A DNA stretch of 64,000 nt. Source: Macrostomum hystrix. Taxonomy: Eukaryota > Animalia > Platyhelminthes. The position numbers and the translations under genes are program-made. Positions 56,330 through 64,000 of the stretch are shown here, piece by piece. The notes under the pieces are model-generated. The model was not told where the DNA came from, did not search any database, and was given only the letters and a program-made list of their open reading frames with translations. Each line of letters starts with the position of its first letter. Within the stretch, counting starts at the first letter, position 1. Location of the stretch: assembly GCA_950097015.1 (NCBI GenBank), contig CATNEN010000007.1, forward strand, positions 11,160,001 through 11,224,000, in the 5' to 3' direction.

Positions 56330-57310
56330 TCATTATTGCTTTTGTCGCGCTATGTGGACCAGTGGACATGCAAAACGGAACGGCCCATGGAATTCTGTGG
56401 CCAAGTGTTTGAATTCACACGAGAAATTAAGCCATAGACAACTCAATTTGTCATGCTATGTGGAACGATGAGCCAGAATAGAAGGAACCAGATTAGATTT
56501 TATTTGCAGAAAGAATAAAAACAAGCAGAAACAGAACATTTTTCTGAGTTGCATTCAAATGAATATTATTTTAAGTCTGAATTTAAAGCATCAAAGTTAA
56601 AAAATTTCAACCCCTAAAACAGATGTCTCTGCAAATACAATCCAAACAATCGATTGCAGCGCAGCTCCCAACCAACGCACTTGTGAGCAGTGCAATATTT
56701 TCTGTCGACTAATTGCTTTTTGGTCTTCTAAATAATATTTGAGAAGATTTATTTAGAACATTTATTCTGTGGCCAATATTTAACGCTTGGCCACAGAATT
56801 CCATGGGCCGTTCCGTTTTGCATGTCCACTGTTCCACATAGTGCGACAAAAGCAATACTAAAAAAAACATGAGACTGATAGTAGTGCGAGGCACATCGCA
56901 TTTTGCAACAGATCAAATATTATTTAGAAGACCAAAAAGCAATTAGTCGACAGAAAATATTGTCGTCTTGCACATTGACATATAACCAAGTGTGCGTAAA
57001 CGTCTCAAGCTCGTGTATAGTTTATGGCCCAAAGGCCATCAAAGAAATAGATTGAAGTGTGCAGTAAATTCCGCAACTGTGCGGTAAATGATACTCCACT
57101 TGATCTCCGTGCCATCCCTCTTCTGAGCTACTATGCAGTAAATCCCAGACGGGTATTGTCTATGGGCCGAAGGAGCTGGTCTTGCGCACACACACTTGGT
57201 CATAAATCAATGCACTTATGCTAGGCTTCCTAGTGCGTAAATAGTCTATGGCACTCGTGCGCTGCGCGCACTCGTGCAAAGACTATTCACGCACTCGGAA
57301 GCCTAGCACA
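56330..57310. mobile_element. Cluster of overlapping inverted repeats (MITE/foldback remnants)
   Basis: 56332-56410 vs 56782-56858; 56693-56742 vs 56913-56962; ~90-bp palindrome at 57219-57309. Confidence 0.7.
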
Positions 57311-57432
57311 AATCTACCATTTTGCGCTGGATTTGGCTCACGATCGATCAATTCAGCGTTCTTAAAGCCTCCATGTACTTTTGGCGCAGGTTAGTGTTCT
57401 GAATTGCTGAAAAACAATTTCAGCAATTTATG

Positions 57433-58594
57433 TTACAGCAGGCGCCCGAAGGCGATCACCTCGCACAAGGAGAGATACTCGCCCAAGTGGCGCAGCGTGA
57501 TCATGACGCTTACGCCCACGCGCTCACATGTGAAGTCCTGCACGCTGAACGCCACGCTGGAGTTGTAGCTGGCGCACTGCTGGCCGTCCACGGAGATCGC
57601 GAAGTTTGTGAGTCGAGACGCGCAGCAGTCCTGACGGTTGTAGATGCGCACCAGACCGATGAAGGCCCTTCCAACCGTGGCCGCCTGCCACCACTGGCTG
57701 GTGCCGGGTGCTGCATTGGTGTGGCAACAGGCAAAACCAAGTGAGTGCGACTGCTCCAGGTTGCCATCGATGGCGTTTGTGCAGACTCCATCGTACAGGG
57801 TGGACTGGCTGCAACTGCTCAGATTCAGCTGCTCTGTACAGTTCGGGGTGTCAGGAAAATCCCATTACCTTTCACTCGGTTCGATGTGGATCTGTCATCA
57901 TGTTTTCCTTGGGTAACGAGCTCGACTCCTAGACTACAGGGCTCCGCTTGATTGCTAACCTGATTGCAACAATGCACCTCTGAACCCCCGGACCTCTTAT
58001 TATCCAACTGTCTTGTTCTGGCCCCAATGGCCTACTTGAAACCGCGGCTGCTTTTAGGCTCTGGAGACCCGGACTTTCCTGCAGCTAAGGCAGGTGGGTA
58101 TCAAGTGTTACAGGTGGGTATCAGGTGTTACAGGTGGGTAACAGGTGTTACAGGTGGGTATCAGGTGTTACAGGTGGGTATCAGGTGTTACAGGTGGGTA
58201 TCAGGTGTTACAGGTGGGTATCAGGTGTTATATTCGCAAAAAGCAGCTCACGGAGCTTCCAGGCAAAAATCCGGTCCCCGCTGCAGTTCGTGGCTGTTGC
58301 TGACTGAGCTGCAGCGCTGACTTCCAGCTCGCTGCTTAAAATGGCGCAGCCACCGCCTCCGCCGTTGCTGAAGATGCGGATACCTCGGCAAAGTGGGCGC
58401 AGGGCGCATTGCAAGCTGCATCTGACGAACGCATCGCCAAGTTTACCATCCTGACAGGTGGCGACTGGGTTTCTAGGCTCAAAGTTCACCGACGAGCCGC
58501 AGCGCCGATAGCCTGAGGCCTCACGTGCCGAGAGCAGCAGGCAGACAGCGGTGAGCTCGACCAGCTGAGCTGCCAGCGCTTGTCCGACCTTCAT
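57433..58594 (-). CDS. PAN/Apple-like + F-type lectin protein 2; exons 58594-58252, 57833-57433
   Basis: Signal peptide; intact spliced frame; CCHTNAAPGTSQWW...RQDCCASRL. Confidence 0.88.
58090..58230. repeat. 20-bp intronic repeat (CAGGTGGGTATCAGGTGTTA)n
   Basis: 7 copies. Confidence 0.93.
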
Positions 58595-59322
58595 TTCCTC
58601 GGAAAAACGGACAGGTCAGGTGAAATGCTTAAGCCAAAAGGGAACGAATAGCCGTAGCACATTGATTAGAGTCCTTAACAGTAGAAATACCACGCTATTC
58701 TACCCGGTATTGCACTGCCCACTTCACGATTGCTCCCAAACGAATGACCGATTTTCGTGAAAGTCCACCATCTGAATCAAAATTTTCGCAGGACACTTTA
58801 CAATGAACTAACTTTCAAAGCCGTACGAGCCAGCATCGTCGAGATATTCAGCGGTTCTTGTCGACGACCCTGGTGACAAGGACAAAAAACATAGCTCTAA
58901 ATAAACCTCTTTTTGGCGACTCCATATCGGTTAAAAAGTGTATAAATTTACAATATAATCATTACAATTTAGTCAACAATAGAAGCCGACGCGATTACAT
59001 GATAGAATTTTGTGAGCAAAAAATGGTTGCCTATTTTTATATGCTTTTGCCACCAGACACGTCGACGAGAATCGTGTATGTCTTGACGATCCTGATGTTT
59101 TGTGATTCTGGAAGTTGTTAAATCGGATAGAGTGAAAAATTTAACCCGGGTTCCAGATTTTCATGTGGCGAATGGTTGAATATTTTTGGAGATACATAAA
59201 AAATTAAAATGTAGGTATTTGAAATTTCCCCCTATAGTCTTTCTACTTTTAAAAACAACTGCGGAAGTACGAGTAAGTTTCGGAATATTCCAAGGCTCAT
59301 ATTTGGAAATCGTGGGAATGAG

Positions 59323-59799
59323 CACAACAAGGTAGATGCTTACGCCCCGCCACAACAAGGTAGATGCTTGCGCCCCGCCACAACAAGGTAGATGCTTGCG
59401 CCCCGCCACAACAAGGTAGATGCTTGCGCCCCGCCACAACAAGGTAGATGCTTGCGCCCCGCCACAACAAGGTAGATGCTTGCGCCCCGCCACAACAAGG
59501 TAGATGCTTGCGCCCCGCCACAACAAGGTAGATGCTTGCGCCCCGCCACAACAAGGTAGATGCTTGCGCCCCGCCACAACAAGGTAGATGCTTGCGCCCC
59601 GCCACAACAAGGTAGATGCTTGCGCCCCGCCACAACAAGGTAGATGCTTGCGCCCCGCCACAACAAGGTAGATGCTTGCGCCCCGCCACAACAAGGTAGA
59701 TGCTTGCGCCCCGCCACAACAAGGTAGATGCTTGCGCCCCACCACAACAAGGTAGATGCTTGCGCCCCACCACAACAAGGTAGATGCTTGCGCCCCACC
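59323..59799. repeat. 28-bp tandem repeat (CACAACAAGGTAGATGCTTGCGCCCCGC)n
   Basis: About 17 copies. Confidence 0.97.
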
Positions 59800-61486
59800 G
59801 AACGATTCTAAGTTGGTGCGGCATCAAAATGGATTCCTGCATGATTGGAACGGGACTTTCGTGTGGCGAACACTGTGCGCTATTAAAGTCGAACATACGA
59901 ACTCTACTGATTGCGCACTGAGACTGTCTATTTAGCGATATCATTGGTGTTTACATCAAGACCCTGCACTCGATACACCCTCCGTGCATCCCAATTAGCC
60001 TCTGATCCCTGCTGCACTGTGATTCGTAGGCAACTCGTGAAGCCTCCAGGTGAACATGTCGGTCCTCCTATTGCTGTGTTCGGTTTTGAAGTTTTCAGCC
60101 CAGTTCTGGAGCTTCGAGCTTCTAACAGCCCGCATTCATCCCCACCCGGACTGAACAGCTGTACGCAGCCTTTGGGTGTGCCGTGCAACAGCTGCACAAA
60201 AAACTCTACTTTAAATTAAGTTCAATACCTGCTTTAATTATTTTTATCCCCTTATTGCTCCCTGTTCTACCCCCACTGGCATTGCACTTTTCGTTTCGGC
60301 GCTATGTCCCGTCTACTCAGAATGCCAGAATGAATAGTGCGCAGACCGAGCCGGCCGGTCCGAACAATGACATATCAGTTGTCACGTCATAATCAGTATG
60401 TATAATTATCCTATTCGAAGGAAAGAGATTGTATGCAGCCTTACCCGAGTTAGCTTAGCTGTCCCGATTGACTTGACACCTGCAATCATGCTCGAGTTCT
60501 TTTTTATCAAGTCTAGCTGTTTGTGACCTGCAGTTTGCTTCTTCCCGAATATGGATTCTGCAATACGTGGCGACTGCCTTGACGTATATTTCTTCTGGGT
60601 TCTGCAGACGAGAAACGCGGTTCCAGGCTCTGAGCTGTTTGCCAAGGCTCCACTCAGGGGCTGCCGTCTCTTTTTAACTCGCGGCTCACCGATTCTTGCA
60701 ATTAAGAATTCAATAAGACAATTGGCGGAGGACTCTGCCTAGTCCGCCCGCAGTCCCAGCATTTTCTCTACATTTTTCTACAGGGAAACTGGAGTTGCCT
60801 GTTGTCAAGTGTGTAAGAACTATTTCAAGGGCCTAGGCAGCCCGCCTCCCAGAAACTCAGCTTCAGTTGTGTCCCGAAGGCCCAGGAGCAGTGCGACTCC
60901 CGTGTGTCCCATCTTCCGCTGCCTTCCGCGCGCTTGTCGTTGTGGGGGTGTTGTCAAATGTCAGTGACAATGTCCTTGTTGAATAATCGTTCCTTCTTGA
61001 AGTGTTATTAATGTTTTCAGCTTTAGTAGCAGCCATCAATCCGTGGATTCTACCAGCATTCCACGGTGGGGTCGGCCAGACTTCCCCAAACTCATGACCG
61101 GAGAACACGGGCTTGTGAAAAAAAAGGCTTAAAAAATTCTCAGAAACAAATCAATAAAAGCCATATCGGAATAGTATGCCTATTGTCTTGATGCTGGTAG
61201 GCTCAGTGGGATGCTCCTACAGCACCTGCAGTCTAATTAGCAATACGCAGTTTGTCAAATTAATTAGCGCTGTTGGACGGACTCGAATATGGATGCGCTT
61301 TCGGGTGTGCGAGATCGAATGAAAAACTTGAGTCGCAGTTTTTCACGCGGTTCTATGGCAGGTGTAAAATTGTGAACTAAAAGGTGGTACTTGCTGATTA
61401 GATAAACTCAAAGTCTTTACTCCAACTTTAAGGTCACAAGGCGACTTTTTTTTCCAAAAAAGCCTCGAATTCGTTTTTAGCTGCAA

Positions 61487-62585
61487 TCAGAGCAGGCGCC
61501 CAAGCGCAAAGACCTCGCACAAGGAGAGATACTCGCCCAGCTGGCGCTGCGTGATCATCAGGCTCATGCCCACGCACAAGGAGAGATAGATACTCGCCCA
61601 GCTGGCGCATCATCAGGCTCATGCCCACGCACAAGGAGAGATAGATACTCGCCCAGCTGGCGCAGCGTGATCATCAGGCTCATGCCCACGCACAAGGAGA
61701 GATACTCGCCCAGCTGGCGCAGCGTGATCATCAGGCTCATGCCCACGCACAAGGAGAGATACTCGCCCAGCTGGCGCAGCGTGATCATCAGGCTCATGCC
61801 CACGCACAAGGAGAGATACTCGCCCAGCTGGCGCAGCGTGATCATCAGGCTCATGCCCACGCGCTCACAGGTGAAGTCCTGCACGCTGAACGCCACGCTG
61901 GAGTTGTAGCTGGCGCACTGCTGGCCGTCCACGGAGATCGCGAAGTTTGTGAGTCGAGACGCGCAGCAGTCCTGACGGTTGTAGATGCGCACCAGACCGA
62001 TGAAGGCCCTTCCAACCGCATGGCAGCCTTCCACCACTGGCTGGTGCTGGGTGCTGCATTGGTGTGCCTGCAGATCCCTTGAGCATGAATCTGCTGCAGA
62101 TTGCCGTCGATGGCGCCTCCACAGAGATTTTCCAAGTTGCTCGACTAACTGCAAGCGCCCAGCTGCAGCTGCTCTGCATTGGCGGGAGAGGGTCAGAATT
62201 GTTAAATCCTTTCATCAGAATGAGCATATGATTTGAGGCGAGATGGTTCGGTAAGTTGCTCACGTAGCCTCCAGGTGAACAGCCGGTCCCCGCTACAGTT
62301 GGTCGCCACTGCTGCCTGAGCAGCCATCATCACTTCCTGCTCGCTGCACAGCAGACCGCAGCCTCCGCCTCCGGCATTGTCGATGATGCGAATGCCGCGG
62401 CATCTCGGCTGCATGGCGCACCTAAGAGCGCAGCTGCCGAACGCCTCCTGAAATTTGCCATCGGAGCAGCCGGCAGCGGGGTTCCTGGGCTCGAAGCTCA
62501 CAGGCGAGCCGCAGCGCTGGAAAGTTTCTGTCGGCAGCAGCGACAGCAGCACGTAGGCTGTGGTCAGCGCCGTCCTCATGGTCAT
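61487..62585 (-). pseudogene. PAN/Apple + F-type lectin gene 3 (pseudogene)
   Basis: Exon 1 intact (62585-62264); exon 2 has a CAG>TAG stop (~62146), a frameshift near 62018 and ~6 tandem copies of a 57-bp coding segment. Confidence 0.85.
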
Positions 62586-64000
62586 TGAGCTTAGGAGGTC
62601 TGGAAGGAGCACAATTCCCCCTTTAAGATCGCGTCTTTAGCTGCTTTGGGGTTCTCAACAACAATGGATATCCTCTCACCACTCTCACTAAGTACAGCTC
62701 TCAGGCCACAGCTCAATCGGGCTACTGCAGCCCCACCTGAGCTTGCCGCGCAGTTCCGAGAAATCGACTTGTTTCTACAAATGTTGAGAGCCGTTTTCTA
62801 AGGCACTTCAGTCCAGAGCCTGCTGTCTGCGACAGCTAGGAAAATGAGGTTTTTCAGCGGCTTAAATCTTGTTTGCTATCGCTCTGCCCAGGCGCTCATC
62901 CTTTACCATTGTCCGTGTGCACTATATGCTCATAAAGCAGATAACTCAACTGGCTGGGCGTCCGCTTGAGACTTGGTGGCTATTGTGTATGAGAGCTGGT
63001 TAGAATAATACTGCAGTAGCTGATCGTCAGTGCCCGGCTGCCAATATATTGTGCAGGGTCCCCCATCCCCCATGGCAACAGGCAGCTGCTGGTGATGCGC
63101 ATGATGCATGCAGGTGGCAATTATTATTAAATTGCAGGAATTTGGAGGTAAAACATAGAACTGCCGGGTTATATGAGCCCGCGATCTAAGCTGTAGTCTT
63201 TTGCATCAATAACTCTAGCTACGCCCAGACATTTTGGCTAATTATTAGGGTTGAGGGCATCACTCGACCAGCATCGCAGTTAACTTGTTGAGCTTTTTGC
63301 TTAGTCTTCTACTGAAGGTAGCTAGTATATTGAAAATCTTAAATCATTTGGTGCAGTTCGCTAAGCTTTACTACGAGAATAAACTGTCACTGAGTCCTGA
63401 CACGCACGGATGCTGTTGCAACCCAAAAAGTGAAAAATCTGAATTGAATTCATGGTTTCAAGGATTTTATTTAGGCGCAACGTGTTGTGGTGAGAATGAG
63501 ATCATGCAGTCTCCTTTGTATCCTCCTGGTGAGGAGCGACGGGGTTTGCTCCGAGCTTATCTCTCTGAAAGAACCAAGGGCTAGTGGCATGAAGAGCATC
63601 ATTGAAGTTACTGTTTTCCTGTTCCAGTGCGCAGCCTGAGCAGCTGTAAGCAGCCTTTGGAAGCGCCGCAATAGCTGCGGCCTTGCTGGTGGCTGTACAT
63701 CTGGCACAACTAGACTTGGTGTTTTTCGTTAAATAAAACCCTCTGTAAGGGCATTCCGCGTATCCAGAGTTGCTTGGCGCACTTTTACCTATATGGCGCA
63801 GACCTGAGTTGAGAAGAGATTTAAGATTGTTAAATCTTTATTTCAAGCCATTTTACGTTTTCTTCATTGTAAAATTATAACAATCAGCAATTAGTGATAG
63901 TCTTTAGGTGATTGATAGACTCAACAGTTTTTTTCTAAAAAACAACACAATTCTTTCATTCTGAACCGAGAAACCAGGCTTAATTGCACTTGCTTAGTTT

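Noticed and set aside
59800-61130. Possible decayed coding or TE sequence
   Set aside because: No recognisable motif or consistent reading frame

Overview
This is eukaryotic (metazoan) genomic DNA, not prokaryotic. It has GC3-rich coding exons, GT-AG introns packed with 11-49 bp minisatellites, and many transposons. The style resembles a free-living flatworm such as Macrostomum (inference only). Host genes: a replacement histone H3.3 flanked by two tiny K/R/A-rich basic proteins, one of which starts with an H3-tail-like sequence; coronin with two alternative coiled-coil last exons; a CNPase-like 2H phosphodiesterase with an apparent signal peptide and GPI-like tail; a KCTD6/21-like BTB protein; two FkbM-type methyltransferases plus a fragment; an 8-exon RING-ubiquitin-like-TerD gene; and a tandem array of PAN/Apple + F-type lectin genes, one pseudogenised. 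Mobile DNA: a hAT element inside a long-TIR element, a Merlin/ISXO2 remnant, MITEs, two tRNA-derived SINEs and a triple nest. The nest is an old LINE remnant, entered by a full-length Ingi-like LINE (HDV-like ribozyme, 2A-like motif, 3 PHD-like fingers, APE-RT-RNase H), which was in turn entered by an RT-deleted Ty3/Gypsy element with identical LTRs. All splice models and folds were derived by eye, and no database searches were run.
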